A DNA stretch of 64,000 bases from positions 40,307-104,306 of the forward strand of contig JAIYAW010000005.1 of NCBI GenBank assembly GCA_027488835.1, written 5' to 3'. The position numbers and the translations under genes are program-made. Below, piece after piece: positions 9,537-19,400 of this stretch (within the stretch, counting starts at the first letter, position 1; every line of letters starts with the position of its first letter). The notes beneath the pieces are model-generated. The model saw only the letters and a program-made list of their open reading frames with translations. It did no database searches and was not told where the DNA came from. The DNA comes from Bacteroidota bacterium (lineage in GTDB: Bacteria; Bacteroidota; Bacteroidia; NS11-12g; UBA955).

Positions 9537-10493
9537 ATGAGAAAATTTGAAATATTAGGTAGCAAAGACACACGAAGTGGTTTCGGTGCGGGATTATTAG
9601 AAGCTGGACAAGCCGACGAAAATGTAGTTGCACTTTGTGCCGACTTAACAGGGTCGTTAATGATGGATGCATTCAAAGATGCTTTTCCTACAAGATTTAT
9701 CCAAGCAGGTATTGCCGAAGCAAACATGATGGGTGTAGCTGCAGGATTGGCTATTGGTGGTAAGGTTCCATTTACTGGAACTTTTGCTAACTTTTCAACT
9801 GGTCGTGTGTACGATCAAATTCGTCAAAGCATTGCATATAGCCATACCAATGTGAAGATTGCTGCATCGCATGCGGGTTTAACATTGGGGGAGGATGGTG
9901 CTACACACCAAATTTTGGAAGATATTGGGTTGATGAAAATGTTGCCTGGCATGACTGTTATCAATCCATGCGATTACAATCAAACAAAAGCGGCAACAAT
10001 TGCCATTGCGAAAATGAATGGTCCCGTTTATTTGCGTTTTGGTAGACCAAAATGGCCTGTATTTATTTCAGAAGATACCCCATTTGTAATTGGAAAAGCA
10101 TTAATGCTAAATGAAGGAACTGACGTAAGTATTTTTGCTACAGGTCATTTGGTATGGAAAGCAATTGAAGCGGGTCATATTTTGGCTGAAAAGGGCATTA
10201 GTGCTGAAATTATCAATATTCATACAATAAAACCTCTTGATATTGATGCTGTAATTACATCAGCGAAGAAAACCGGTTGTGTAGTAACTGCAGAAGAGCA
10301 TCAAATGAATGGCGGATTGGGAGATAGTATTGCACAATTGTTGGCCTTGAAAATGCCTACGCCGTTAGAAATGGTGGCGGTGAATGATAGCTTCGGTGAA
10401 AGTGGAACTCCAGATGAATTGTTGGTGAAGTACCACCTCGATAGCCAAGATGTTGCCGATGCAGCCGTTCGCGCTATAGCAAGAAAAATATAA
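9537..10493 (+). CDS. Transketolase, C-terminal (pyrimidine-binding/C-terminal domain) subunit
   Basis: FIQAGIAEANMMGVAAGLAIGGKVPF and HAGLTLGEDGATHQ motifs of the transketolase Pyr and C-terminal domains; 318 aa. Confidence 0.88.
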   Translation: MRKFEILGSKDTRSGFGAGLLEAGQADENVVALCADLTGSLMMDAFKDAFPTRFIQAGIAEANMMGVAAGLAIGGKVPFTGTFANFSTGRVYDQIRQSIAYSHTNVKIAASHAGLTLGEDGATHQILEDIGLMKMLPGMTVINPCDYNQTKAATIAIAKMNGPVYLRFGRPKWPVFISEDTPFVIGKALMLNEGTDVSIFATGHLVWKAIEAGHILAEKGISAEIINIHTIKPLDIDAVITSAKKTGCVVTAEEHQMNGGLGDSIAQLLALKMPTPLEMVAVNDSFGESGTPDELLVKYHLDSQDVADAAVRAIARKI

Positions 10494-10504
10494 CCTATAA
10501 CAAA

Positions 10505-11194
10505 TTAAGCAGTTTTTTGAATGGCCTCTAAAAGGGCCATTTTTTTTGCACGCGATATTTTAATTCTAGTATCATTATTCATAATAACCTCATCAGTACT
10601 GAAAGATTTAACATGGTCAAGGTTTACCGCGTAAGATCGGTGAACCCTTACAAATGTCTCAGGGAAATTATGAATAATGGATTTGATAGTTTTAGAAATT
10701 GTATAGAATTTATTATTGGTATACAAATTTGAATAAGAACCATAGGCTTCAATAAAAACAATATTGTTATATTGTAATTTAGTAATTGACTTATGATCTT
10801 TTATAACAATGTGATTCTTTACGTTTGATTTTTCATCACTTTTTATTTGTTTTTGTATGCGCTCTGAAAAGAAATTAAAATCACATTCAAGGCTGTCTAG
10901 CAACAAGTAATCATAAAAACCTTGTCTTATAGATTCAATTGCGTAGTCGGCGTTTTCTGAAACCATAATCAGATGAATGTTTTTTCTGGTTATTTCTTTC
11001 AAGCGAATTTCAGTTTCAAGAATATTGAAATTCTCTTTATCAACAAAGAGGTATATTTTGTCTGATGACGTGAAATTCTTTTCTCCATTGACTTTATCAA
11101 GGGATTTAATTCTTGCATTTGAAAATTTAGCACAAATTAAGTCGCTAATTTTTTTAGTATTAAATTGGTTATTGAATTGAATTAAAAATATCAT
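10505..11194 (-). CDS. LytTR-family DNA-binding regulator with a degenerate N-terminal receiver-like domain
   Basis: C-terminal LytTR signature (NIVFIEAYGSYSNLYT...FVRVHRSYAVNLDHV). The N-terminal approx 120 aa resemble a REC fold (IYLFVDKE, HLIMVSENAD, GFYDYLLL) but lack the N-terminal acidic pair. Confidence 0.8.
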   Translation of the reverse strand: MIFLIQFNNQFNTKKISDLICAKFSNARIKSLDKVNGEKNFTSSDKIYLFVDKENFNILETEIRLKEITRKNIHLIMVSENADYAIESIRQGFYDYLLLDSLECDFNFFSERIQKQIKSDEKSNVKNHIVIKDHKSITKLQYNNIVFIEAYGSYSNLYTNNKFYTISKTIKSIIHNFPETFVRVHRSYAVNLDHVKSFSTDEVIMNNDTRIKISRAKKMALLEAIQKTA

Positions 11195-11644
11195 CTCCGT
11201 TTTAAATTATTATTTACGTACAATCAAAAAAGCATCGTACTTTTTTGTATGATGTAGAATATCATCTACAAAAATAACCTAATTTTGAATGTAATATTTT
11301 ATAATATTGTAAGATAATTGTTAATTAATGTATTTTTTTCAAGAAATTATATTTCAATAACTTATGCGATTTTTTTTGAGAAATATTGGATTTTGGTACA
11401 AAAAAAATTATAAAATCAAACAATATATAGAAATCGAGGTTCATTTTACATTGTATAAAATTTGTTTCTAATGACTTTCCAAGATATCAATTTAGAATCT
11501 TTTTCTGATTTATTTCGATTACCAAGTACTTTCGAATAATGTGGTACTCCAGATGAAATATTGGTGGAGTACCACTCGGATAGCCAAGAAGTTGCTGATT
11601 TCGCAATCTTTGCTTTTGTTAGAAATGTATAACCTATTACAAAA

Positions 11645-12334
11645 CTAAGCCGTTTTTTGAATGGCCTCTAAAAGAGCCGTTTTCTTTGCGCGCGATATTT
11701 TTATTTTAGTATCATTATTCATAATGACTTCATCCGTGCTGAAAGATTTAACATAGTCAAGATTTACTGCGTAAGAGCGGTGAACCCGAACAAATGTCTC
11801 TGGGAAATTATGAATAATTGATTTGATAGTTTTAGAAATTGTATAGAATTTTTGGTCGGTATATAAGTTTGAATATGAACCATAAGCCTCTATGAAAACA
11901 ATATCGTTAAATTGTAATTTGGTAATTGACTTATGATCTTTAATAATGATGTGATTTTTTACGGTTGATTTTTCATCACTTGTTATTTGTTTTTGTATGC
12001 GATCTGAAAAGAATTTAAAATCATATTCAAGACTGCCTAATAACAGGTAATCATAGAAACCATGTCTTAAGGATTCAATTGCATGATCTGCGTTTTCCGA
12101 AACCATAATTAGATAAATGTTTTTTCTGTTAATACCTTTTAAGTATGTTTCTGGTGAAAGAATATCGAAATTTTTCGTATCAACAAACAGGTAAATTCTA
12201 TCTGTTGATGAAGAATCTTTACCCGCATTGAATTTATCAATAGATTTAATTCTTGCATTTGAAAATTTCGCACAAATTAAGTCGCTAATTTTTTTAGTGT
12301 AAAATAGATTGTCGAATTGAATTAAAAATATCAT
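11645..12334 (-). CDS. LytTR-family regulator, tandem paralogue of 10505-11194
   Basis: About 80% amino-acid identity to the neighbouring LytTR gene. The identical start context gaattgaattaaaaatatcat is shared by both copies. The track ORF is extended to a TTG at 12364; the ATG at 12334 (MIFLIQFD...) corresponds to the start of copy 1. Confidence 0.8.
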   Translation of the reverse strand: MIFLIQFDNLFYTKKISDLICAKFSNARIKSIDKFNAGKDSSSTDRIYLFVDTKNFDILSPETYLKGINRKNIYLIMVSENADHAIESLRHGFYDYLLLGSLEYDFKFFSDRIQKQITSDEKSTVKNHIIIKDHKSITKLQFNDIVFIEAYGSYSNLYTDQKFYTISKTIKSIIHNFPETFVRVHRSYAVNLDYVKSFSTDEVIMNNDTKIKISRAKKTALLEAIQKTA

Positions 12335-12576
12335 TTTCCTTGGTTTTGAATTATTGTTGTTCAAGTCAGCATAGTTAAAATAATTACGGACAAGAATATT
12401 TTCTACAAAAATAATTCACAAGTACAAGTCAAATTTCTTGAAGTTGTTGCATAATTAAATTCGGTACATATTAGATAGAGGCTCGGTAATAAATAATTGA
12501 TAAGTATATTTTTAACATTTTTATTGTTCAGGTATTTCGGATTTTGGAACAAAAAAATGACTAAAACTGAACTGTA

Positions 12577-13788
12577 TTAATTCAGTTTTAAGTTCTGAAA
12601 GTATACATTCGGACTGATTCCCGTTATTTTCTTGAAACTAACGTAATATGTGGTCCGTGAATTGAATCCTGAAAAATTACCAATTGCCTCCATCGTGTAT
12701 TTTTTGTTGCTGTTATCTTTTAACAATTTTATGGAATGATCGATTCGCATTTCACAAATGATATCGGGAAAGGATTTTTTGATGTGGTTATTAAGAATAA
12801 ATGAAATATGATGACTAGGAATTGAAAAATGGTTTGCAGCCATGGCAATTGAAAATTCAGGATTTAAATACAATTGTTTTTCATTTATTTCTGAAATGAT
12901 AGTTTGTGCCAAAATAAACTCTTTGTTATCAACTTCATCGGTATCATTTTTAAATGATTTAAAATTAGGTAGTGATTTTTCATTATCAGCTATGGTTTTA
13001 TAATTGATTTTTGGTAAACCATACAGAAGTAAAGGATTCAATAATATGTATGTTGCTAGTATTATAATAGACAAACCGGTTACAAATAATGGGATTTTTA
13101 AAAATAAATTCGAATGAACAGTAATGGTAGAAATAAAAATTGAATTATAAATTGATGAATATGCAACTGAAACAACAAAAACCGAAATTACAATTAAAAA
13201 TAACTTTAACCATTTTAAAACAAATTGTGATTTAATTTCACTATTGAGTTGTATGCTTCTGATATAGTTTCGCCACGCAAACAATGTATATGATACATAT
13301 AATAGAACCCGCAAAACAAAATTGTATTTTGCTTTCATTAATGTACCTGGATAATTGGCTATTTTTGTATAATCTGTGGATATTGTACTTGCCCAATATT
13401 GCCAGTGTTGAGGTCCTCCCGAATAATAATCCAAATTATCAATAATTGCATAAACAGCCGGAATTAAATGGAGCAAATCGATTTTCGAGAAGTTATAATT
13501 TTCATCTAAATTTATGACTACATAAAAATAGATTGCAGGTTGAACGATATAATAGAAAGGGGCAAAACCCCTTAACAAAAATGGTACGTTACCAATCAAT
13601 CCACTGATTACAAAAACATGTACCAAATGATAATTGATTATGCCCCAAAACATTGCAAACATTAACCATTTGAGTTTTGGATTTCCATTTTTTTCAATTA
13701 AAATTGTTCCACACGCAATAAAGGTTATTAATACAGCAGTAATCAGCATTACTATCACTGAAGTATCCTTAGGAATAACGAAAATCAT
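12577..13788 (-). CDS. Polytopic membrane protein with C-terminal AraC-type HTH DNA-binding domain
   Basis: N-terminal approx 260 aa with about 6-7 hydrophobic helices. The C-terminal approx 100 aa carries a typical AraC/XylS HTH (EKQLYLNPEFSIAMAANHFSIPSHHISFILNNH...GFNSRTTYYVSFKKITG). Confidence 0.8.
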   Translation of the reverse strand: MIFVIPKDTSVIVMLITAVLITFIACGTILIEKNGNPKLKWLMFAMFWGIINYHLVHVFVISGLIGNVPFLLRGFAPFYYIVQPAIYFYVVINLDENYNFSKIDLLHLIPAVYAIIDNLDYYSGGPQHWQYWASTISTDYTKIANYPGTLMKAKYNFVLRVLLYVSYTLFAWRNYIRSIQLNSEIKSQFVLKWLKLFLIVISVFVVSVAYSSIYNSIFISTITVHSNLFLKIPLFVTGLSIIILATYILLNPLLLYGLPKINYKTIADNEKSLPNFKSFKNDTDEVDNKEFILAQTIISEINEKQLYLNPEFSIAMAANHFSIPSHHISFILNNHIKKSFPDIICEMRIDHSIKLLKDNSNKKYTMEAIGNFSGFNSRTTYYVSFKKITGISPNVYFQNLKLN

Positions 13789-13944
13789 CTCAAATATATA
13801 AATTTATAGGGAGTTAAAAATAAGCAAGTATTTTGGTAGTTTGATTTGGTAAATTTTTTTCGAAAATAATGCATTTGCCTTAATTTGCGATTATTCAAAG
13901 ATCACTTTTTTTCAATAAATAAGTAGATAATTTGGAATACGAAT

Positions 13945-14095
13945 TTATTTGGATTTTGTGTTTTGTAGGCATTCACTTTGTGCAATACCCGTTATTATCT
14001 TGAAGCACACATAAAAAAGTTCTTTGATGAGTATTAATTTACCTGGTTATTTGATGATAAAAGCAAATACCCAATATTCATTGTGCCAAAATTGT
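13945..14095 (-). pseudogene. Chimeric remnant of a third membrane-AraC paralogue (3' end fused to a mid-gene segment; approx 650 bp internal deletion)
   Basis: 13945-14035 aligns base-by-base with the 3' end of gene 15155-16366 (15158-15250). 14029-14095 aligns with 15908-15975 of the same gene. The intervening portion is missing and no intact reading frame remains. Confidence 0.45.
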
Positions 14096-14470
14096 AAATG
14101 ACACAGTGAATATGGGCAATGTCTGTGCTGTAATGTAACTAGGTAAAATAACGAGAATTATTTTAAAGAAACATTGATGTGAAATTAAGTCCAGGTTTTA
14201 TTATGTGGCTCCTATCTAAATAATTTCTTTTAACTGTTTAAACTTCATACTAAAGTGAAAAATTCCATATTTTTATCATAACGAAGAAATGGTTTCTGTT
14301 CTAAAAAGCAATTTAAGGAATGTACGGATTTGCAACAAAAATGTCCTAAAATCATAAAAAATAGTTTGTATCGTATTGTTTTTTAATCTTTTAAATTATT
14401 TGTTGTTGCATTTTGATAAATCACACAATTTTCAAAATATGCAGAATCGATTAGAATTTAACTTTGTGAA

Positions 14471-15115
14471 ATGAAAAATTTGGGTGAGATAATTGATGTA
14501 GATATTTTTCTATTGGATGAAGTTTCTTTGTATGAAAATAATTTATGGCAAGAAAATTATAAATTACACCTTGCATTAAACAAGTTTAAATCGTTTAAAA
14601 TTGGAATACCCTTCGATTGCAAAAATAAATTGTTAGGACCAGTGATTCAGTTTATTGATTCAATCAATTTGAATGGTAGTTATTTTGTATATTTCAATAT
14701 TAACAATGAGGAAAATTTATTAGCATTAGTAAATAATTATCACTCAGAATTGACAAATCATATTTTTTACATTTTGCCTGATAAAAAAGTGAAATACTCA
14801 AAACTATCAAAAAATTTTTGGGACATACAATTGTTGGGATTTGAAATTCATATACTAAAATGTGACAAGATAGAAGAATGCAGGTTATCGCCTTCAATTA
14901 TGAATAAATATTGGCGGAAAGGAGCGATAGTTGGTATTGTAGGATTTACAAAGAATCCTATTCGGTTATTTAGAAAAAGAAAATTACAACAGTTGATAAG
15001 ACAAAAAATATTTGATTATTGGATAACTGAAATCATAGATCAAAAAGACGTGACTTATTTAAATGAAATCAAACTAAAAGCAGAATTGCTTAATTTTCGT
15101 GTTTTAAATAAGTAA
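14471..15115 (+). CDS. Hypothetical protein (no recognisable domain)
   Basis: 214-aa ORF, the only plus-strand ORF in the island. It is Lys/Asn-rich and is preceded by approx 680 bp of noncoding AT-rich DNA. Coding status is uncertain. Confidence 0.4.
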   Translation: MKNLGEIIDVDIFLLDEVSLYENNLWQENYKLHLALNKFKSFKIGIPFDCKNKLLGPVIQFIDSINLNGSYFVYFNINNEENLLALVNNYHSELTNHIFYILPDKKVKYSKLSKNFWDIQLLGFEIHILKCDKIEECRLSPSIMNKYWRKGAIVGIVGFTKNPIRLFRKRKLQQLIRQKIFDYWITEIIDQKDVTYLNEIKLKAELLNFRVLNK

Positions 15116-15154
15116 ATTAAATATTAAAATGATCAATACGGCTGATTATTCTTT

Positions 15155-16366
15155 CTATGGATTTTTTATGTTTTGAATGTATTCACTTGGTGTAATACCC
15201 ATTATTTTCTTGAAGCTCACATAAAAAGTAGTTCGTGAATTGAATCCAGAAATATTACCAATTGCCTCCATAGTGTATTTTTTATTTCGATTGTCTTTTA
15301 ATAGTTGAATGGCATGATCAATTCGCATTTCAGAAACGATATCGGGAAATGATTTTTTAATGTGATTGTTAAGAATAAATGAAATATGATGATTTGGTAT
15401 TGAAAAATGTTTCGCAGCCGTATTCAATGAAAAATCCGGATTTAAATACAATTGTTTTTCGTTGATCTCGGAAATAATACTATTGGCCAAAATATTTTCT
15501 TTATTATCACTGTTAGTCATATCATTTTTGAATGATATAAATTTTGATAACGCATTTGAATTGTCAATTATCGTTTTGTAATTGATTCTAGGTAAACCGT
15601 AGAGTAAAATCGGATTAAATAAAATATATCCCGACAGTGCCAAAATAGATAAGCCAATTAAGCTAATTGTAATCAAAACGGAGACATTGGAATTGTCCAT
15701 TATTGTATCAAGATAGTTAAAATTACTTACAGAACTTAAACTAACCGTTACAACAAAAACCGACATGATAATCAAAAATAATCTTAACCATTTTAGAACG
15801 AATTGATCTTTAATTTCTTGATTGTTTTTGACATAATGAAAATAGTATCGCCAAGCGAATAAAGTGTATGAAATCTTTAACAAATCAAGGAAAATAAAAT
15901 GATATTTGGATAGTATTAATTTGCCTGGATATTTGGTCAAGAAAGAAAAATCATTAGATATTGTATTTGCCCAAAATTCCCAATGGTTAGGGCCTCCGCA
16001 ATAAAATCCCCAATTATCTATAACCGACAAGACGAAGGGAATTAAATGCAGTAAATCTTTTTTTGTAAAATTATAGTTTTCATTCAGGGTTACTATAACA
16101 TAAAAATAAATTGCAGGCTGAATTATATAATAATAAGGATACAATCCCCTAATGAAAAATGGGAAATCTTTAATTAACCCCAAGGATATAAAAAGAATTA
16201 CGGAAAAATGAAGACCAATCTCTGTAAATATGATAAAAAGCAGCCACTTCAGTTGTGGATTACAATTTTTTTCAATTAAAATTGCTCCACACGCCAAAAA
16301 TGTAACTAGCACTGCTAAAATAAGCAGTGACTGCACGAAATAGCTTGGTGAAATAAAGAAAATCAT
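15155..16366 (-). CDS. Polytopic membrane protein with C-terminal AraC-type HTH domain (paralogue of 12577-13788)
   Basis: Same length (403 aa) and architecture as 12577-13788. Alignable throughout, including EINEKQLYLNPDFS and FPDI..EMRIDH in the HTH region. Confidence 0.8.
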   Translation of the reverse strand: MIFFISPSYFVQSLLILAVLVTFLACGAILIEKNCNPQLKWLLFIIFTEIGLHFSVILFISLGLIKDFPFFIRGLYPYYYIIQPAIYFYVIVTLNENYNFTKKDLLHLIPFVLSVIDNWGFYCGGPNHWEFWANTISNDFSFLTKYPGKLILSKYHFIFLDLLKISYTLFAWRYYFHYVKNNQEIKDQFVLKWLRLFLIIMSVFVVTVSLSSVSNFNYLDTIMDNSNVSVLITISLIGLSILALSGYILFNPILLYGLPRINYKTIIDNSNALSKFISFKNDMTNSDNKENILANSIISEINEKQLYLNPDFSLNTAAKHFSIPNHHISFILNNHIKKSFPDIVSEMRIDHAIQLLKDNRNKKYTMEAIGNISGFNSRTTFYVSFKKIMGITPSEYIQNIKNP

Positions 16367-16465
16367 ATTTGGTGACTCCTATGCAAAGATATAGGCATAT
16401 TCTTGATTGAATTAAAGGATACGCAAAAAAATCAAATTAATTCTGTTGTACCTTTGCTTAGTTAA

Positions 16466-19400
16466 ATGAATACAAGGGAAATCTTAAGTGAGTATTTGAA
16501 AATAGAGCCGGTTAAAGAATTGGTTGAAAATTGCCAAACAGATAATAAAACTATTTTTTTACAGGGATTGAGTGGATCAGGAGGTGCAATGGTTGTGGCA
16601 TCGGTTTATGCATCACTTCAACATCCACTTTTGTTGGTAATGCCTAACAAAGAGGAGGCAACCTATTTGAAATCGGATCTTGAGAATTTATTAATTGGAG
16701 AGCCCATTTATTTTTTGCCAGAATCGTTTCTTAAGCCTTATCAACCAGCGCGCGAAAGCGCCATGTCGGTTCAAGAACGAATAGAAACATTAAGTAGTTT
16801 TCGTAAAAACAACAAACGCATTTTGGTTACTTATGGCCGTGCGTTGGCTGAGTTTGTAATAGACAAAGTTCAACTAACCCAAAATTCGTTTGAAATAGCA
16901 AAAGGCCAAATACTCGACGTTGATTTTTTAATGGAGTTTTTAGAAATCAACGAATTTGAACGTGTCGATTTTGTATTCGAACCAGGTCAGTTTAGTTTGC
17001 GTGGAGGGATATTCGATTTATTTTCATTTGCCCATGAATATCCCTTCCGAATTGAATTGGATGGCGACATCATTGAGAGTATTCGTGCTTTTGATGTAAA
17101 CAATCAATTGTCTATCAAAGAAATGGCTCAATTTTCTTTGGTGCCTAAGATTAATGCCACCCATGATATAAAGAAGTCAACTATTTTTGATTACCTCCAT
17201 GAAAATACCTTGGTGTTTTCATTGGATTCATTTTTGCAAGTTGAAGATTTGGCAAAAGGCTGGGAAACAGCGCTGCAAAATCACCAAGCTGCCATAGATT
17301 TAAAAAGTGAGAATCTTCCTATTCATCCCAAAGAAATTTGGATGAGTCCCAAACAATGGGTTCAATCTTTTTCTAAATTTAGGCAGATTTATTTGGGGGG
17401 AGAAAAACCGTTAGAGAAATTTATCACCATTGGTTTTCAGCAAGAACCTCAACCAATTTTTAAAAGGAACTTTGATATGCTAAAGACTTGGTTGGCTGAA
17501 AATCAACAAAAGCAATATCAAACATTGGTTTTCAGCGACAATAGCCGACAAATAGAACGTTTACAAACTATTTTAAAGGATACTTCCATAGAACATGAAT
17601 TCACTCCAGTTTATGTTGGGCTATCTGGTGGATTTTTGGATGCTGAAGCCAAAATAGCCTTTGTTACTGAGCATCAATTGTTTGATAAGTACTACAGGCC
17701 GAAATCACGTCAACAGTATTCCAACCAAACGTCCCTCACTCTCAGAGAGCTAAAGAATTTAAAGCCAGGTGACTTTGTAACGCATATAGATCACGGAATT
17801 GGCAGGTTTGCAGGACTTGAAAAAATGCAAATGAATGGGGTAACACAGGAAGTGGTTCGTTTGGTTTATCGCGATAACGATTTGTTGTATCTGTCGGTGA
17901 ATAGTTTGCATAAAATTAGCAAGTATTCAGGTAAAGATGGAACAGCACCTAGTATGCACAAGTTGGGAAGTGGGGCTTGGGAAAAGCAAAAACGTACCAC
18001 CAAGAAAAAAGTAAAAGACATTGCCAGAGAACTTATTGCATTGTATGCAAAAAGGAAAAAAGAGAAAGGTTTTGCATTTGCTCCGGATAATTATTTGCAA
18101 TTAGAATTAGAAGCTTCATTTTTTTATGAAGATACTCCTGACCAGGCTAAAGCTACTGATGATATCAAGCGCGATATGGAAAATGAACAACCCATGGACA
18201 GATTGATTTGTGGGGACGTAGGTTTTGGTAAAACAGAAGTAGCAATGCGCTCAGCGTTTAAAGCCGTTTGCGATAGTAAACAGGTTGCTATTTTGGTGCC
18301 TACAACCATTTTGGCACAACAGCATTATAGAACATTCAAAAAACGTTTTGCAGGTTTCCCTGTTGAAGTAGACTATTTAAACCGGTTTAAGTCAACAAAA
18401 GAACAGAAAGAGACCTTGGAGAAATTGAAATCTGGAAAGGTAGATGTAATTATTGGAACCCACCGTTTGCTTGGAAAAGACATTGAATTCAAAGACCTAG
18501 GCTTGATGGTAATTGATGAAGAGCAAAAATTCGGAGTGGGTGCAAAGGAGAAATTAAAAGCAATTAAGGTAAATATTGATACACTTACCCTAACCGCAAC
18601 TCCCATCCCAAGAACATTGCATTTTAGTTTAATGGGGGCAAGAGATTTGAGTATTATCAATACACCACCACCAAACAGACAACCTGTTCACACAGAATTA
18701 GCTACCTATAACCGAGAATTACTAGGTAAGGTAGTAACAGATGAAATGAATAGGGGTGGTCAGGTTTTTGTTGTCCATTCTAGGGTGAAAGATATTCATG
18801 AATTGGCCAATGTAATAGCGTCGGAAGTTCCAGGGGTGAGGGTTTGTGTGGCACATGGTCAAATGGAAGGACATGAGTTGGAAGATGTGATGGTGAAATT
18901 TATTGAAGGCGAATACGACGTTTTGGTTGCTACCACGATCATTGAAAGTGGGTTAGATATTCCAAATGCCAACACTATTGTAATTAACAATGCACATTTA
19001 TTTGGATTGTCTGATTTACACCAAATGAGAGGCCGTGTTGGGCGTTCAAATATCAAGGCATTCTGTTATTTATTGTCTCCTCCTGTTAATTTACTTCCTG
19101 AAGATTCAAGAAAACGATTACGAACATTAGAAGAATATAGCGAATTGGGAAGTGGATTCCAAGTGGCGATGCGTGATTTGGATATTCGTGGTGCTGGAAA
19201 TTTACTTGGTGCAGAGCAAAGTGGGTTTATTTCAGAAATGGGATTTGACATGTACCATAAAATATTGGATGAGGCTGTAAGAGAATTAAAAAATGAAGAA
19301 TTTACGGATACTTTTGATACTTCATATGATATTAAAAGTAGAGATTGCCAAATAGATACACATTATGAAATTTTAATTCCTTCGAATTATGTATCTCAAA

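Noticed and set aside
11195-11644. Possible small gene or RNA in the 450-bp AT-rich spacer between the LytTR paralogues
   Set aside because: There is no ORF of meaningful length. Part of the spacer is the duplicated tkt 3' fragment. A regulatory or sRNA role cannot be assessed from sequence alone.
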